Assembly: GCA_965221955.1 (NCBI GenBank)
Contig: CBDCTA010000014.1
Coordinates: 8,342-72,341, forward strand
Source: Gammaproteobacteria bacterium
Lineage (GTDB): Bacteria > Pseudomonadota > Gammaproteobacteria > UBA4575
Direction of reading: 5' to 3'
Length of the DNA stretch: 64,000 nt
This document shows, in pieces, positions 21,044-33,558 of this stretch. The notes under the pieces are model-generated. The model ran no database searches and was not told the DNA's origin. It was given only the letters and a program-made list of their open reading frames with translations. How positions within the stretch are numbered: the first letter of the stretch is position 1; the number at the start of each line of letters is the position of its first letter. The position numbers and the translations under genes were made by a program.

Positions 21044-22207
21044 ATGTTTGGTAAGAAGAATACTGCCGAGCACCGTTCGCTTGCGGGTTTTTATTTTTTT
21101 TACTTCGCTAGTATTGGCGTTTTTCTTCCTTATTGGAATTTATATTTAAAGCATCTCGATTTTTCCGCCAGACAGATTGGCGAGTTATCGGCAGTTTTAT
21201 TAGCCACAAAAATTTTTGCGCCATACATTTGGGGTTGGATTGCGGACCATACCGGTAAACGAGTGTTGGCAATTCGACTGGCTGCATTTATAGGCTTAAG
21301 TATTTTTGCTGTTGTCATAGTCTTGCGAGACTATTGGTCGTTGTTCATTGTTTTAACTGCTTTTAGTTTTTTTTGGAATGCAACCTTGCCGCAATTTGAA
21401 GCAGCCACGATGAACAATTTGGGTGAAAAAAAACATTTATACAGCCGTATACGTTTATGGGGTTCTATCGGCTTTATTGTCACCGCTTCATTGTTGGCTC
21501 CATTGATTGAAAACTTTGGCATCCAACATTTACCGTGGATTATTTTGGGAATTTTATTGCTGACTTGGTGTAATACCTTATTTGTGAATGAAACGGTGCA
21601 AAGTGCAAAGAACAGTAATTCATCTTCAATGTTGAAGACATGTTTAAAACCATCAGTACTTGCATTGTTACTTGCCTGTTTTTTAATTCAGGCTAGCCAC
21701 GGTCCTTATTACACTTTTTTCAGCATTTATGCCGAAGATAATGGCTATTCACGCACCTTGATAGGGCAATTATGGTCTTTGGGCGTCATTGCAGAAGTGG
21801 CTGTGTTTTTCTATGTGCATCGATGGCTGCCTAAATTTGGGGCTAAAAGCCTGCTGGTGATTGCAATGTTGTTAACCGTGATTCGTTGGTGGTTAATTGC
21901 CTTCTATGTGGAATATTTACCTGTACTTTTATTTGCGCAATTATTGCACGCAGCATCCTACGGACTGTTTCATGCATCGGCCATTCACCTTATCGATGAA
22001 TATTTTTCTGGCAGTATTCAGGGGCGTGGGCAGGCATTGTTTTCAAGTATCAGCTTTGGATTGGGTGGCTCGCTAGGCAGTTTAGTGAGCGGGTATACTT
22101 GGAACTCAATTGGGCCTTCCTATGTATATATATTAGCGATGTGTATTGCCTTAGTCGCTATGCTCCAGTTCATATGGATTGCAAAACCTCATTTAAAAGA
22201 GGCATAG
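21044..22207 (+). CDS. MFS transporter (HcaT-like)
   Basis: About 12 hydrophobic segments, YSRIRLWGSIGF, GRGQALF. Confidence 0.85.
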   Translation: MFGKKNTAEHRSLAGFYFFYFASIGVFLPYWNLYLKHLDFSARQIGELSAVLLATKIFAPYIWGWIADHTGKRVLAIRLAAFIGLSIFAVVIVLRDYWSLFIVLTAFSFFWNATLPQFEAATMNNLGEKKHLYSRIRLWGSIGFIVTASLLAPLIENFGIQHLPWIILGILLLTWCNTLFVNETVQSAKNSNSSSMLKTCLKPSVLALLLACFLIQASHGPYYTFFSIYAEDNGYSRTLIGQLWSLGVIAEVAVFFYVHRWLPKFGAKSLLVIAMLLTVIRWWLIAFYVEYLPVLLFAQLLHAASYGLFHASAIHLIDEYFSGSIQGRGQALFSSISFGLGGSLGSLVSGYTWNSIGPSYVYILAMCIALVAMLQFIWIAKPHLKEA

Positions 22208-22228
22208 ATTTATTATTGTTTGAAAGTT

Positions 22229-23611
22229 ATGAATAAAACTCTTTATGACAAAGTTTGGCAAAGTCACGTTGTGCATGAGCGCGACGACGGTATGACGTTG
22301 TTATACATAGATCGACATCTTGTGCATGAAGTTACTTCGCCGCAAGCCTTTGAAGGTTTACGCTTGGCTAAGCGTGACTTATGGCGTAAAGATTCTATTT
22401 TGGCGACTGCGGATCATAATGTTCCCACTACCGACCGCAGTGCAGGTATCGATGACATTATTTCTAAAACTCAAGTCGATGCTTTGGATCAAAATTGTAA
22501 AGATTTTTCATTAACTCAATTTCCAATGCTTGATGTACGCCAAGGAATTGTGCATGTCATAGGGCCTGAGCAAGGTGCGTCGTTACCTGGCATGACGATA
22601 GTTTGTGGCGACTCACATACTTCCACACATGGTGCATTAGGTGCACTTGCGTTTGGAATCGGTACTTCTGAAGTGGAACATGTATTAGCGACACAATGTT
22701 TGTTGATGAAAAAATCAAAAAACATGTTGGTGCAAGCCAATGGAGTTTGTGTACCGGGTGTAACAGCAAAAGATATAGTATTAGCCATCATTGGTAAATT
22801 AGGTACTGCGGGTGCTACCGGTCACACAATAGAGTTTGCGGGAAGCGCTATACGTGCTTTATCCGTTGAAGGGCGTATGACGATTTGCAATATGGCGATC
22901 GAAGCGGGTGGTCGTGCAGGCATGATAGCAGTCGATGACACAACAATTGAATATGTTGCTGGGCGTCCTTTTGCGCCGCAAGGTGGGCAGTGGGAGCAAG
23001 CCGTAGCGCAATGGCGTGGATTGCACTCTGATGAAGGTGTGCAATTTGATTCGGTGATTGAAATCGATGCAAATAATTTGAAACCGCAAGTGACCTGGGG
23101 TACTTCACCAGAGATGGTAGTCAATGTGGATGAAACAGTGCCAACTAAAATCAGCTCTGATCAGCAACGTGCATTAGAGTATATGGATCTACAGCCAGGT
23201 ACACCTATTCAAGAAATTAAACTTGATAAAGTGTTTATTGGTTCATGTACTAACTCTCGTATTGAAGATTTACGTGCGGCAGCAAATGTAATTCAAGATA
23301 AAAAACTTGCAGAGAACATTAAACTTGCCATGGTGGTTCCAGGTTCGGGTTTGGTAAAACAGCAAGCTGAGCAAGAAGGCTTGGATAAAGTTTTTAAAGC
23401 AGCAGGTTTTGAATGGCGTGAGCCTGGTTGTTCCATGTGTTTGGGAATGAATGCAGATCAATTAGCGCCGGGTGAGCGTTGTGCATCTACTTCAAATAGA
23501 AACTTTGAAGGTCGTCAAGGCAAAGGAGGGCGTACACATTTAGTGAGCCCAGCAATGGCAGCAGCAGCAGCTGTGTATGGACATTTTGTTGATATAAGAG
23601 GGTTGATGTAA
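22229..23611 (+). CDS. leuC: 3-isopropylmalate dehydratase large subunit
   Basis: [47 protein letters not shown]; ATG at 22229 chosen. Confidence 0.97.
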   Translation: MNKTLYDKVWQSHVVHERDDGMTLLYIDRHLVHEVTSPQAFEGLRLAKRDLWRKDSILATADHNVPTTDRSAGIDDIISKTQVDALDQNCKDFSLTQFPMLDVRQGIVHVIGPEQGASLPGMTIVCGDSHTSTHGALGALAFGIGTSEVEHVLATQCLLMKKSKNMLVQANGVCVPGVTAKDIVLAIIGKLGTAGATGHTIEFAGSAIRALSVEGRMTICNMAIEAGGRAGMIAVDDTTIEYVAGRPFAPQGGQWEQAVAQWRGLHSDEGVQFDSVIEIDANNLKPQVTWGTSPEMVVNVDETVPTKISSDQQRALEYMDLQPGTPIQEIKLDKVFIGSCTNSRIEDLRAAANVIQDKKLAENIKLAMVVPGSGLVKQQAEQEGLDKVFKAAGFEWREPGCSMCLGMNADQLAPGERCASTSNRNFEGRQGKGGRTHLVSPAMAAAAAVYGHFVDIRGLM

Positions 23612-23626
23612 GTAAGGTTTAATGTA

Positions 23627-24265
23627 ATGAAAGCTTTTACTCACATAACTTCCAGTTTGTTGCCGCTTGATCGCAGTAATGTCGATACCGATGCCATCAT
23701 TCCGCAACAATATTTAAAATCGGTGGAACGCACAGGTTTTGGTGTCGTGCTATTTGATAATTGGCGTTACTTAGACCCTGGTGTTCTTGGGCAAGATCAT
23801 GGTCAACGACAGTTGAATAATGACTTTGTGTTGAATCGACCTGAACACCAAGATGCAAAAATTATTTTAGCTAGAGAAAACTTTGGCTGTGGTTCTTCGC
23901 GAGAACACGCGGTGTGGTCGATTTTAGACTATGGATTTGAAGTTGTGATTGCCTCTAGTTTTGCCGATATTTTTTGCAGTAACTGTTACAAGAATGGTTT
24001 ATTACCCGTCGTTTTAAAAGAAAGCGAAGTAGATTATTTGTTCGATCAGGTGAAGGCGAATGCTGCGTTTAGCTGTAAAGTGGATTTGAATGAGCAAAAA
24101 GTTATTGATGAAAACAATAGTGTTTTTGAATTTCAAATTGATGAGTTTAGAAAATATTGTTTATTGAATGGTTACGATGAAATTGATCTTACTTTGCAAC
24201 ATGCAGACAAAATTAAAAATTACGAAAGCGAGTTACGAAAAACTTCACCTTGGTTAATTGCATGA
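23627..24265 (+). CDS. leuD: 3-isopropylmalate dehydratase small subunit
   Basis: [20 protein letters not shown]. Confidence 0.97.
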   Translation: MKAFTHITSSLLPLDRSNVDTDAIIPQQYLKSVERTGFGVVLFDNWRYLDPGVLGQDHGQRQLNNDFVLNRPEHQDAKIILARENFGCGSSREHAVWSILDYGFEVVIASSFADIFCSNCYKNGLLPVVLKESEVDYLFDQVKANAAFSCKVDLNEQKVIDENNSVFEFQIDEFRKYCLLNGYDEIDLTLQHADKIKNYESELRKTSPWLIA

Positions 24266-25329
24266 GTAAAATTTTATTGTTACCTGGTGATGGTCTTGGT
24301 CCTGAAGTTGTCGCGCAAGCTAAAAAAGTGCTCACACATTTGTCGGCTGAGCATGGATTGAAAGCTGAACTTGAAGAGGCCTTAATTGGGGGTGCAGCTT
24401 ATGATGATTGTAAAAACCCTTTGCCTGAAGCCACATTGAATCTGGCAAAAGAAAGTGACGCCGTGTTGCTAGGTGCTGTAGGCGGACCTCAGTATGAGTC
24501 TGCAGAACGCGATTTACGACCTGAAAAAGGCTTGTTGCGTATTCGTGCAGAATTAGACCTGTTTGCTAATTTGCGACCTGCCATTTTATATAAGTCTTTA
24601 GCAGGTGCATCTTCACTAAAGCCAGAACTCGTCGCTGACTTAGACATAATGATTGTGCGAGAACTTACGGGTGGAATTTATTTTGGAGAGCCACGTGGTA
24701 TCCGTACTTTGAGTGATGGGGTGCGAGAGGGGTTTAATACGTTAGTCTATGATGAAAACGAAATTGCGCGCATTGCGCATGTAGCCTTTCGAATTGCGCA
24801 AAAACGTGAAGGTAAATTATGTTCAGTGGATAAAGCGAATGTGTTGGAGGTTTCCGAGCTTTGGCGAGAAACCGTTGATGCGATTCATGCTGAATACAAT
24901 GATATTTCTCTCAATCATATGTATGTTGATAATGCGGCAATGCAGTTAGTGCGAGAACCGAATCAATTTGACGTAGTATTAACCGGAAATTTATTTGGCG
25001 ATATTCTGTCTGATGCAGCAGCGATGTTGACCGGATCTATCGGCATGTTGCCTTCGGCATCATTAGATAGTAATGATAAAGGGATGTATGAGCCTATCCA
25101 TGGTTCAGCGCCGGATATCGCGGGTAAAAATATTGCCAACCCATTGGCAACGATACTGTCTGTTGCCATGATGTTGCGTTATAGCTTGAATGAAGTAGAG
25201 CTCGCTGACAAAGTTGAACGAGCTGTACAGCATGTGATTGAAACAGGATTACGTACTGCTGACATTGCAAATGGTTCTTCAGTTGTTGGTACTGAAGAAA
25301 TGGGTGATGCGGTAGTCGAAGCATTATAA
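24262..25329 (+). CDS. leuB: 3-isopropylmalate dehydrogenase
   Basis: [35 protein letters not shown]; ATGA overlap with leuD. Confidence 0.97.
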   Translation: MSKILLLPGDGLGPEVVAQAKKVLTHLSAEHGLKAELEEALIGGAAYDDCKNPLPEATLNLAKESDAVLLGAVGGPQYESAERDLRPEKGLLRIRAELDLFANLRPAILYKSLAGASSLKPELVADLDIMIVRELTGGIYFGEPRGIRTLSDGVREGFNTLVYDENEIARIAHVAFRIAQKREGKLCSVDKANVLEVSELWRETVDAIHAEYNDISLNHMYVDNAAMQLVREPNQFDVVLTGNLFGDILSDAAAMLTGSIGMLPSASLDSNDKGMYEPIHGSAPDIAGKNIANPLATILSVAMMLRYSLNEVELADKVERAVQHVIETGLRTADIANGSSVVGTEEMGDAVVEAL

Positions 25330-25399
25330 TTTACATGCCCGAGAATTATTCGCTTAAGTATAAATCAGGGCTTCTAAGAAAAAACAGATGAACTAAAAA

Positions 25400-26419
25400 A
25401 TGAAGAAATATGATGTTGCAGTAGTCGGTGCTACTGGTGCAGTAGGCGAGCAAATGCTTGCGATCCTTGCGCAAAGAAAGTTTCCTATGAACAATGTTTA
25501 TGCCGTAGCGAGTTCGCGTTCTGCGGGAAGGAAAGTTTTGTTTGGTGAAACTGAACTAGAAGTTCAAGATCTCGCGAGTTTTGATTTTTCTAAAACTCAA
25601 GTAGGCCTTTTTTCACCGGGTGCAAGTGTTTCAAAAGAATATGCACCAAAAGCTGCCGCTGCAGGGTGTGTAGTGGTAGATAACACATCACAGTTTCGTT
25701 ACGACGATGATATTCCTCTAGTTGTTCCTGAAGTGAATGCGCATCAAATTGCTAACTATAAAACCCGTGGCATCATCGCTAATCCTAATTGTTCCACTAT
25801 CCAAATGCTTGTGGCCTTAAAGCCATTGCAAGATGCGGTGGGTATTGCGCGCATTAATGTGGCGACCTATCAAGCTGTGTCAGGGACCGGCAAAGAAGCT
25901 ATTGATGAGCTCGACATTCAAACCAGAAGTATCATTAACAATGAGCCGATTAATTGTGACGTTTATCCGAAACAGATTGCCTTCAATGCCTTGCCACATA
26001 TAGATAAGTTCATGGATAACGGCTATACCAAAGAAGAAATGAAGATGGTCTGGGAAACACAAAAGATCATGGAAGATGACTCTATTTTGGTGAACCCAAC
26101 TACTGTTCGCATCCCAGTTAAATACGGGCATTCTGAAGCGGTGCATGTTGAGCTAAAAGAGAAATTATCTGCTCAAAAAGCGCGCGATTTATTAGCAGCT
26201 GCTCCAGGAGTTGAAGTGGTGGATGAACACCAAGATGGTGGCTATCCCACGGCGGTTACCGAAGGGGAAGGCACAGATCCTGTGTATGTGGGGAGGATTC
26301 GAGAAGATATATCGCACCCTAAGGGTCTGAATATGTGGGTGGTGAGCGATAATCTAAGAAAAGGTGCTGCTTTGAACAGCATCCAGATAGCTGAGGTTTT
26401 GATAAAAAACCATATTTAA
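25400..26419 (+). CDS. asd: Aspartate-semialdehyde dehydrogenase
   Basis: VGATGAVG, IIANPNCST, DNLRKGAALN. Confidence 0.97.
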   Translation: MKKYDVAVVGATGAVGEQMLAILAQRKFPMNNVYAVASSRSAGRKVLFGETELEVQDLASFDFSKTQVGLFSPGASVSKEYAPKAAAAGCVVVDNTSQFRYDDDIPLVVPEVNAHQIANYKTRGIIANPNCSTIQMLVALKPLQDAVGIARINVATYQAVSGTGKEAIDELDIQTRSIINNEPINCDVYPKQIAFNALPHIDKFMDNGYTKEEMKMVWETQKIMEDDSILVNPTTVRIPVKYGHSEAVHVELKEKLSAQKARDLLAAAPGVEVVDEHQDGGYPTAVTEGEGTDPVYVGRIREDISHPKGLNMWVVSDNLRKGAALNSIQIAEVLIKNHI

Positions 26420-26539
26420 TTTATAGTTGCCCGGTGGATTATTTAGATAACTCAAAGAAATTCTTAGAGTTTTTGTTGCACATATATTACTTACGAACAA
26501 GCTTTTAAGCATTCAACGCAAAAAAGGTGGAGCACAAAA

Positions 26540-29500
26540 ATGGTGCGTAAATCATCTATTTATTTTTTCATTATTTTCTTTTTACTTTTGATACCTGGGC
26601 ATTTGTTGTCTTTGGGCCTTGGCGATATAGAAGTTAATTCTGCGTTGAACCAACCTCTCAATGCGCAAATTAATTTAATCGCTGCACGTGAAGATGAATT
26701 TGAAGAAATGCGTGTTGAATTGGCTCCAGCAAATGTTTTTGATCGTGTAGGTGTGCCGCGACCCTACTTTTTAACTCAATTAAAGTTTCAACCTATTAAG
26801 TTACCAGGTGGAGGTACGGCAGTTCGGGTAACTTCAAAAGATCCAGTTCGTGAACCATTCTTAACATTCTTAGTAGAAATCACTTGGCCGAAGGGAAGAC
26901 TATTAAGAGAATATACTGTTTTACTTGATCCGCCTGAATTTGCGCAACAACAAGCGCCACAAGTTGCCACACCAGCCACTACTCCTGTGGAACAACAAGT
27001 CGAAGCTGAGCCCGTTCCTCAAGTTGCAACTCAAACAGAAGAAGTTACTAGTGAAGAAGATTTAGCTGCACTGCGTGAGAAAATGGATAGGGAGTTAGGT
27101 ATCGATGACTCCGCTGTGGTTGAGGAAGCTCCAGTTGTTGAAGAAGTTATTGAGGCAGAGGCCGTTGTAGAAGAAACTGTCGTTGAAGCTGAGCCCACTG
27201 TAGAAGAACTTGAAGATGCGGTGGTTGAGTCAGTAGAAGAATCTCAATCTGAAGCTGTGGCTGAGGATGTTGTTGCGGAAGAGTCGGTTGAGGTTGCGGA
27301 TACGCAGGACCTTGAAACTATCCGTAAACAAATGGATGAAGCGCTTGGTATTGATGGTTCGGAGCCTATTGAGCGTGATGCTGAATCTGAAGTTACTGCA
27401 GAAGCTGAGGTAATTTCTGAATCGGAAGTGTACACGCAAGATGCTATAGCTGGAGATGTGGTAGTTGGGAAGGGTGATACCTTGTATGCCATTGCTAAGT
27501 CTGCAACTTCTAGCGATGTGTCAGTTAATCAAATGATGTTGGCGATCCAACAAGCTAATCCAGATGCATTTATCAAAAACAATGTAAATTTATTAAAGAA
27601 AGGTGCGGTGTTACGCATCCCGAGTTCAGGTGAAGCGCAAAGTCTATCTGCTGGAGAAGCACGTAAAGAAATTGCTCAACAAAATGCATTGTGGAAAGAA
27701 TACCGAGGTGTAGTTACACAAGCTCCTGCTAAAAATGTTGATGCGCCGGAGCTGGTCAAAGAAGAAAGTGGTTTGGCTAAAGAGGCCAAACAAGCCCTTC
27801 AAGAGACTGATGAGAAGCCTGCTGAGGCTAAGCAAGATTTAAATATTTTGGCTTCCGAGGATGCGAAGCAAACCGCTAATACACAAGTTGCTGGTGGGGA
27901 AGAACTTAAGAAATTACAAAATGAAGTAAATCTTTCAAAAGAGCTTGCTGAATCTCGCGCCAAGGAAAACGAAGAACTCAAGAGTCGTGTTGAAGCACTT
28001 GAGTCTATGTTGGAGAAGAAAGAGAAAATCCTCAATATTCAAAACCAACAACTTAAAGATCTTCAAGAGCAGTTAAGTACTGAGACAGATAAAGCTGCAG
28101 CCGCGGAAAAAATGCTAAAAGAAAAGGCTGTAAAAGAAGTAACTAAGCCTGAGGTTAAATCAGAAGCTAAACCGGAAGCTGAACCTGTTTCAGAGCCGAT
28201 AGCTAAAGAAGTAATTAAAAAACCTGAAGTTGAACCACTGCCAGATTTTTCCGAACCTCTAGTAGCAGAAGAGAGTATAAATAAACCAAGGTTAGAACCT
28301 CTTCCAGATTGGGACTCCTTGCCAGAGATAGAAGAGCCAGTCGCAGAACAAGTTGCTGAAGCTAAACCAGAAGAAAAACCCGCAGAAGTCAAACCTACCG
28401 AAACAAAACCTGAAGCTGCTGAAAAGCCATCTGAAGTTAAAACGGCAGAAGCTCCAAGTTCTACTGAAGCTTCGTCCGGAATCCTGAGTTTTTTAGACCC
28501 AATTAAAGAATATAAAACCTATCTTCAGTTTGGAATGGGTGCCTTAGCAGTATTATTAGGTGGAATTTGGTTTTGGCGTAAAAAACAAGTTAAAACGGTA
28601 GAGCTTACTGGTTTAGGTGAGATGCCGATGGAGGCTATGGAAGATGGTGAAGATTTTGATGATATCTTAGATGAGACCATTGTTACGCCACAGAGAGCGG
28701 ATGCAGAAGCGAGTGTCGAAGATAGTGATATAGCTGCGGTGGATGATTTGCCTGAGGAAGATAATGACTTTAGTTCTGTTGCAGATGCATCCAGTGATAC
28801 AGGGATAGGTGAAGACATCATTGACGAAGCAGACGTATACATTTCTTATGGCTTACATCAGCAAGCGCAAGATTTATTAAATGATGCCATTGCTAAAGAT
28901 CCTGATCGTAGCGACTATAAAGCAAAACTTGCTGAAGTTTATTACAGTCAAAAAGATCAACAAGGTTTCGAGCAATATGCTGAAAAGATTAAAGATGAAG
29001 TGGGCGAGTCTAGTAGTGAGTGGCAAAGCATTATGGCGATGGGCAAAGAACTTGCACCTGCCAGTGCCTTGTTTGCTGGTGCTGCAGCCGTGGCCGCTAA
29101 AGCTGCAGTAGATAAACCTGAAGAAGCAGATATCGATATTGGTTTGCAAACGGCTATTAATGAGCCCTTATCCGATGCGAATTTAGAAGACACACTTTTG
29201 GACAATGATGCTGAAGAAGATGATGGTGGCTTAGATTTCAACGTTGACGATATGGCTGAAGACAATGTAGTTGAGGAAGCACTCGAAGATGATCCTGTTG
29301 CAAGTAAGATCATGGAGGCCAATGAGACTTCTGATATTCTAAACTTTGATGTTGATGATTTAGCAGATGAAGTAGTGAATGAAGATGATGTTGATACTGA
29401 AATTGACGCTATCACAACTGGATTGCATGAAACAGCCAGCATGGATGAATTGACAGAAGAGTTAGAGCAAATTGGCATGCAGACTACGATGAATGATCTT

Positions 29501-29932
29501 AAGCCTTTAGATGTCGATGAAGATGATTTAGATGTCGGAGATGCTTTGAGTGACACGATCGCAATGCAAGCTGATGAATTAGGTATTGATACTGGCATTT
29601 CAGAACCTGACCCGGATGCCACAGCTGCTTATACATCAAGTTCTCTAAGTGGTGATCTCGATCAAGCCACAGAACAGTTTGATGCCAGCAATATGGATAC
29701 TGAGTTTCTTGATCCAGCTGAACAGACTGTAGCGCAAACACACACTGATCTAGAAGAACTAGGTCCTCCATCTTTAATTGAAGAAGTAGGTACTAAGCTA
29801 GATTTAGCTAAAGCATTTGTGGACATGGGTGACTCAGATGCTGCGAAAGAAACTTTGATTGAAGTGATTAATGAAGGCGACGAATCACAAATCAAAGCGG
29901 CTAAAGATTTAATGGACAAGCTTGGCGGTTAA
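26540..29932 (+). CDS. fimV: FimV/HubP polar landmark protein
   Basis: LGLGDIEVNSALNQPL, LLREYTVLLDPP, LysM-like segment, TM helix, acidic tail, TKLDLAKAFVDMGD; between asd and truA. Confidence 0.93.
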   Translation: MVRKSSIYFFIIFFLLLIPGHLLSLGLGDIEVNSALNQPLNAQINLIAAREDEFEEMRVELAPANVFDRVGVPRPYFLTQLKFQPIKLPGGGTAVRVTSKDPVREPFLTFLVEITWPKGRLLREYTVLLDPPEFAQQQAPQVATPATTPVEQQVEAEPVPQVATQTEEVTSEEDLAALREKMDRELGIDDSAVVEEAPVVEEVIEAEAVVEETVVEAEPTVEELEDAVVESVEESQSEAVAEDVVAEESVEVADTQDLETIRKQMDEALGIDGSEPIERDAESEVTAEAEVISESEVYTQDAIAGDVVVGKGDTLYAIAKSATSSDVSVNQMMLAIQQANPDAFIKNNVNLLKKGAVLRIPSSGEAQSLSAGEARKEIAQQNALWKEYRGVVTQAPAKNVDAPELVKEESGLAKEAKQALQETDEKPAEAKQDLNILASEDAKQTANTQVAGGEELKKLQNEVNLSKELAESRAKENEELKSRVEALESMLEKKEKILNIQNQQLKDLQEQLSTETDKAAAAEKMLKEKAVKEVTKPEVKSEAKPEAEPVSEPIAKEVIKKPEVEPLPDFSEPLVAEESINKPRLEPLPDWDSLPEIEEPVAEQVAEAKPEEKPAEVKPTETKPEAAEKPSEVKTAEAPSSTEASSGILSFLDPIKEYKTYLQFGMGALAVLLGGIWFWRKKQVKTVELTGLGEMPMEAMEDGEDFDDILDETIVTPQRADAEASVEDSDIAAVDDLPEEDNDFSSVADASSDTGIGEDIIDEADVYISYGLHQQAQDLLNDAIAKDPDRSDYKAKLAEVYYSQKDQQGFEQYAEKIKDEVGESSSEWQSIMAMGKELAPASALFAGAAAVAAKAAVDKPEEADIDIGLQTAINEPLSDANLEDTLLDNDAEEDDGGLDFNVDDMAEDNVVEEALEDDPVASKIMEANETSDILNFDVDDLADEVVNEDDVDTEIDAITTGLHETASMDELTEELEQIGMQTTMNDLKPLDVDEDDLDVGDALSDTIAMQADELGIDTGISEPDPDATAAYTSSSLSGDLDQATEQFDASNMDTEFLDPAEQTVAQTHTDLEELGPPSLIEEVGTKLDLAKAFVDMGDSDAAKETLIEVINEGDESQIKAAKDLMDKLGG

Positions 29933-30039
29933 TTTTTACGCTAGCGTTCTAATTAGCGTATAAAACCTTCTAAACAAAGCTGTTGATTTAGTCTGCGTTT
30001 ATCGCATACTGGCTAAGCACTTTCTAAAATATATTATCA

Positions 30040-30828
30040 ATGATGCGTATTGCTATTGGTGTCGAATACAATGGCAGTCAGTACTGTGGTTGGCAACGCC
30101 AGACAAATGCTGATTCAGTTCAACAATGTCTCGAACAAGCCATTTCAAAGGTTGCAGATACTCAAACATTTGTACAAGCAGCAGGAAGAACCGATACGGG
30201 TGTTCATGCTACGGAACAAGTTGTTCACTTTGACTGCGAGAATGATCGCGAATTAAAAGCATGGGTAATGGGAGTTAATTCCTACTTACCCAATTCTATT
30301 AGTGTCTTGTGGGCGAAGCATGTAGAAGATGAGTTCCATGCAAGATTTAGTGCACGGTCAAGACGTTATCGTTATCTGATTTATAACCATGATACGCGTC
30401 CAGCATTATATGATGGCTTATTAACTTGGGAGTATGTGGCATTAGAGTTAGAAAAAATGCAGCAATCGGCTAAGCATTTGATTGGCACTCATGATTTTAC
30501 TTCATACCGCACAGTTGCATGTCAGGCAAAAAGTCCGGTGCGTACGGTACACGATATTGTTATTCGTCAGCATCGTGAATATATTTTGATGGATATACAT
30601 GCAGATGGATTTCTTCATCATATGGTTCGAAACATAGCGGGTGTGTTGATAACAATTGGGAAAAACGAGCAAAATGAAAATTGGTCGTTAGAAGTATTAG
30701 AAAAACGTGACCGCACACTGGGTGGAATAACGGCGCCTGCGGCAGGATTGTATTTGGTTAAAGTGCACTATGATGAAAAGTTTGATCTGAACCCAGCCAT
30801 TAGGTGGCCAGCCATAGCAAATATATAA
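30040..30828 (+). CDS. truA: tRNA pseudouridine(38-40) synthase
   Basis: GWQRQ, AGRTDTGVHA, FHARFSA, FLHHMVRNI. Confidence 0.97.
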   Translation: MMRIAIGVEYNGSQYCGWQRQTNADSVQQCLEQAISKVADTQTFVQAAGRTDTGVHATEQVVHFDCENDRELKAWVMGVNSYLPNSISVLWAKHVEDEFHARFSARSRRYRYLIYNHDTRPALYDGLLTWEYVALELEKMQQSAKHLIGTHDFTSYRTVACQAKSPVRTVHDIVIRQHREYILMDIHADGFLHHMVRNIAGVLITIGKNEQNENWSLEVLEKRDRTLGGITAPAAGLYLVKVHYDEKFDLNPAIRWPAIANI

Positions 30829-30856
30829 AGATATTTTCAATTTTTTTTTAAATGGT

Positions 30857-31474
30857 ATGAAAACACGAATTAAATTTTGTGGAATGACACGAGCACAAGA
30901 TGTGCAAATAGCAGTTGCATTGGGTGTCGATGCATTAGGGTTTGTGTTTGTTGAAGGTAGTGCGCGTAATTTAGATATTGATGTTGCAGAAAAGCTTATT
31001 CGTGAAGTGCCACCTTTTGTGGTTAAGGTTGGTTTGTTTATGAATGCGGAAACTGAAACAGTTAAAGAAGTAGTGAAGAGTGTAAAGCTAAATTTGTTGC
31101 AGTTTCATGGTGAGGAAGACGAGAAATTTTGCACGCAGTTTGAAATGCCGTATCTAAAAGCAGTGCCAATGGCGAGCATTACATCGCTAAGTGATTATTG
31201 TCAGGACTATGCAAGGGCTAGCGGATTTATTTTAGATAGTCATGCTAAAGGCGAAATGGGGGGCAGTGGCGAAACATTTGCTTGGGGCGATATTTCGATT
31301 GAGGTCGACAGGCCGGTTATTCTTGCTGGCGGGCTTACCGCTGAAAATGTCGCAGAGGCGATAAAAGTAGTACATCCCTATGCGGTAGATGTAAGTAGCG
31401 GTATTGAGGCTGGTAAAGGCATCAAAGACCCCGCTAAAATGGAGCAATTCATTAAGGAAGTACATCGTGACTAG
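30857..31474 (+). CDS. trpF: Phosphoribosylanthranilate isomerase
   Basis: [27 protein letters not shown]. Confidence 0.96.
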   Translation: MKTRIKFCGMTRAQDVQIAVALGVDALGFVFVEGSARNLDIDVAEKLIREVPPFVVKVGLFMNAETETVKEVVKSVKLNLLQFHGEEDEKFCTQFEMPYLKAVPMASITSLSDYCQDYARASGFILDSHAKGEMGGSGETFAWGDISIEVDRPVILAGGLTAENVAEAIKVVHPYAVDVSSGIEAGKGIKDPAKMEQFIKEVHRD

Positions 31475-32708
31475 GACAGCATCACAACACGCTGCGGATA
31501 AGAAAGCTCATAAAGCACAACAAGTGCCAGACGATCAAGGTATGTTTGGTGAGTATGGTGGACGTTATGTTGCAGAAACCTTAATCGAACCTCTAGCAGA
31601 ATTAGAGCAAGCGTACTTTCACTATAAAGATGACCCTACTTTTATCAGCGAGTTTGATGCAGATCTCAAACATTATGTAGGACGACCAAGCCCTCTTTAC
31701 CATGCACAGCGATTAAGCCAAAAGTATGGAGGCGCGCAGATTTATTTAAAGCGTGAGGACTTAAACCATACCGGCGCGCATAAAATAAATAACACAATTG
31801 GTCAAGCATTGTTGGCTAAACGTATGGGTAAACCGCGCATCATTGCTGAGACAGGTGCAGGTCAACACGGTGTTGCTAGCGCAACTGTGGCAGCGCGCCT
31901 TGGACTTGAATGTGTTGTGTATATGGGTGAGCAAGATATTTATCGCCAAGCACCCAATGTATATCGAATGCGCTTGTTAGGAGCAGAAGTGGTTCCTGTA
32001 ACTTCGGGTTCGAAAACATTAAAAGATGCGTTAAACGAAGCATTGCGTGATTGGGTGACCAATGTTGATAACACGTTTTATATTATTGGCACAGTTGCAG
32101 GTCCTCATCCTTATCCATTATTAGTGCGCGACTTTCAAGCCATTATCGGTCGTGAAGCTCGACAGCAAGCACTTGAGCAAACGGGAAAATTACCCGATGC
32201 ACTTGTAGCGTGTGTGGGTGGTGGTTCAAATGCTATAGGTTTGTTTCATCCATTTATTGAAGATGAAAGCGTAAAAATGTTTGGTGTTGAGGCTGCGGGC
32301 TTAGGTGTTGATACAGATAAACATTCTGCACCGCTGAATGCAGGTCGCCCAGGTGTGTTACATGGTAATCGCACCTATTTAATGGAAGATGATGATGGGC
32401 AAATTATCGAGACTCATTCTATTTCGGCAGGCTTAGACTATCCTGGTGTAGGACCAGAGCATGCATGGCTAAAAGATATTGGACGTGTGCAGTATGATGC
32501 TGTGACAGATGAAGAAGCTTTATCTGCATTTCATGAATTAACACGCATTGAAGGAATCATACCTGCATTGGAAAGCAGTCATGCGGTTGCTTATGGATTA
32601 AAACTTGCTACTTCAATGACTTGTGAACAAAATATCATAGTAAATTTATCCGGGCGGGGGGATAAAGATATTAATACGGTGGCGGATATTGAGGGAATAT
32701 CAATATGA
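31467..32708 (+). CDS. trpB: Tryptophan synthase beta chain
   Basis: [34 protein letters not shown]; GTG start after AAGGA chosen. Confidence 0.97.
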   Translation: MTRTASQHAADKKAHKAQQVPDDQGMFGEYGGRYVAETLIEPLAELEQAYFHYKDDPTFISEFDADLKHYVGRPSPLYHAQRLSQKYGGAQIYLKREDLNHTGAHKINNTIGQALLAKRMGKPRIIAETGAGQHGVASATVAARLGLECVVYMGEQDIYRQAPNVYRMRLLGAEVVPVTSGSKTLKDALNEALRDWVTNVDNTFYIIGTVAGPHPYPLLVRDFQAIIGREARQQALEQTGKLPDALVACVGGGSNAIGLFHPFIEDESVKMFGVEAAGLGVDTDKHSAPLNAGRPGVLHGNRTYLMEDDDGQIIETHSISAGLDYPGVGPEHAWLKDIGRVQYDAVTDEEALSAFHELTRIEGIIPALESSHAVAYGLKLATSMTCEQNIIVNLSGRGDKDINTVADIEGISI

Positions 32709-33544
32709 GCCGTATACAATCCTGTTTTGAAGAATTAGCAAAAGCAAACCGCAAGGCGCTTATTGCCTATATTACTGCTGGAGACCCGCATCCAGATCAA
32801 ACCGTTTCATTAATGCATACATTGGTGGATGCGGGTTCTGACATTATTGAACTGGGTGTGCCATTTTCTGACCCCATGGCAGATGGGCCAGTGATTCAAG
32901 CAGCATGTGAACGTGCATTAGTTCATCACACAAGTTTGCAACAAGTATTAGATATGGTTGCAGAATTCCGCCAGCAGAATGAAAAAACACCAGTAGTGTT
33001 GATGGGTTATCAGAACCCAATCGAAGTGATGGGTGTGGAAGTGTTTGCTAAAGCGGCCCAACAAAACCAAGTAGATGGCATTCTTACCGTAGATGTACCT
33101 ATCGAACAAGCGCATGAGACGGTAAGTACCTATAAAAAACACGGTCTCGATAATATATTTCTTGTCGCACCGACCACCAGTGCGCAGCGGATTCAGAATA
33201 TTTGTCAACAATCTTCAGGTTTTGTCTATTATGTTTCTTTGAAAGGAGTTACTGGAGCCGGCCACCTTGATACCTCTGAAGTTGCAAATAAGCTTGCAGA
33301 AATCAAACAAGCAACCTCGTTACCTGTAGGCGTTGGTTTTGGCATCAAAGATGCCGATAGTGCAAGTAAAGTAGCTAGAATCGCTGATGCTGTAGTCGTG
33401 GGCAGTGCGATTATCCGTGAAATTGAAGCACATGCCGAAGATCAAGATAAAATGTTGAAAAATATTAAAACTTTACTTTCTGATATGCGTGTAGCAATGG
33501 ATAATGCGATGAACGAAAAGCAAACAAATAAAGAAGTCGCTTAA
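32705..33544 (+). CDS. trpA: Tryptophan synthase alpha chain
   Basis: [31 protein letters not shown]. Confidence 0.97.
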   Translation: MSRIQSCFEELAKANRKALIAYITAGDPHPDQTVSLMHTLVDAGSDIIELGVPFSDPMADGPVIQAACERALVHHTSLQQVLDMVAEFRQQNEKTPVVLMGYQNPIEVMGVEVFAKAAQQNQVDGILTVDVPIEQAHETVSTYKKHGLDNIFLVAPTTSAQRIQNICQQSSGFVYYVSLKGVTGAGHLDTSEVANKLAEIKQATSLPVGVGFGIKDADSASKVARIADAVVVGSAIIREIEAHAEDQDKMLKNIKTLLSDMRVAMDNAMNEKQTNKEVA

Positions 33545-33558
33545 ATGAGCAGATCCCT

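Noticed and set aside
28957-29622. 221-aa Ser-rich antisense ORF, and similar short shadow ORFs elsewhere
   Set aside because: Mirror of the Asp/Glu-rich fimV codons; such ORFs lie opposite or inside well-supported genes
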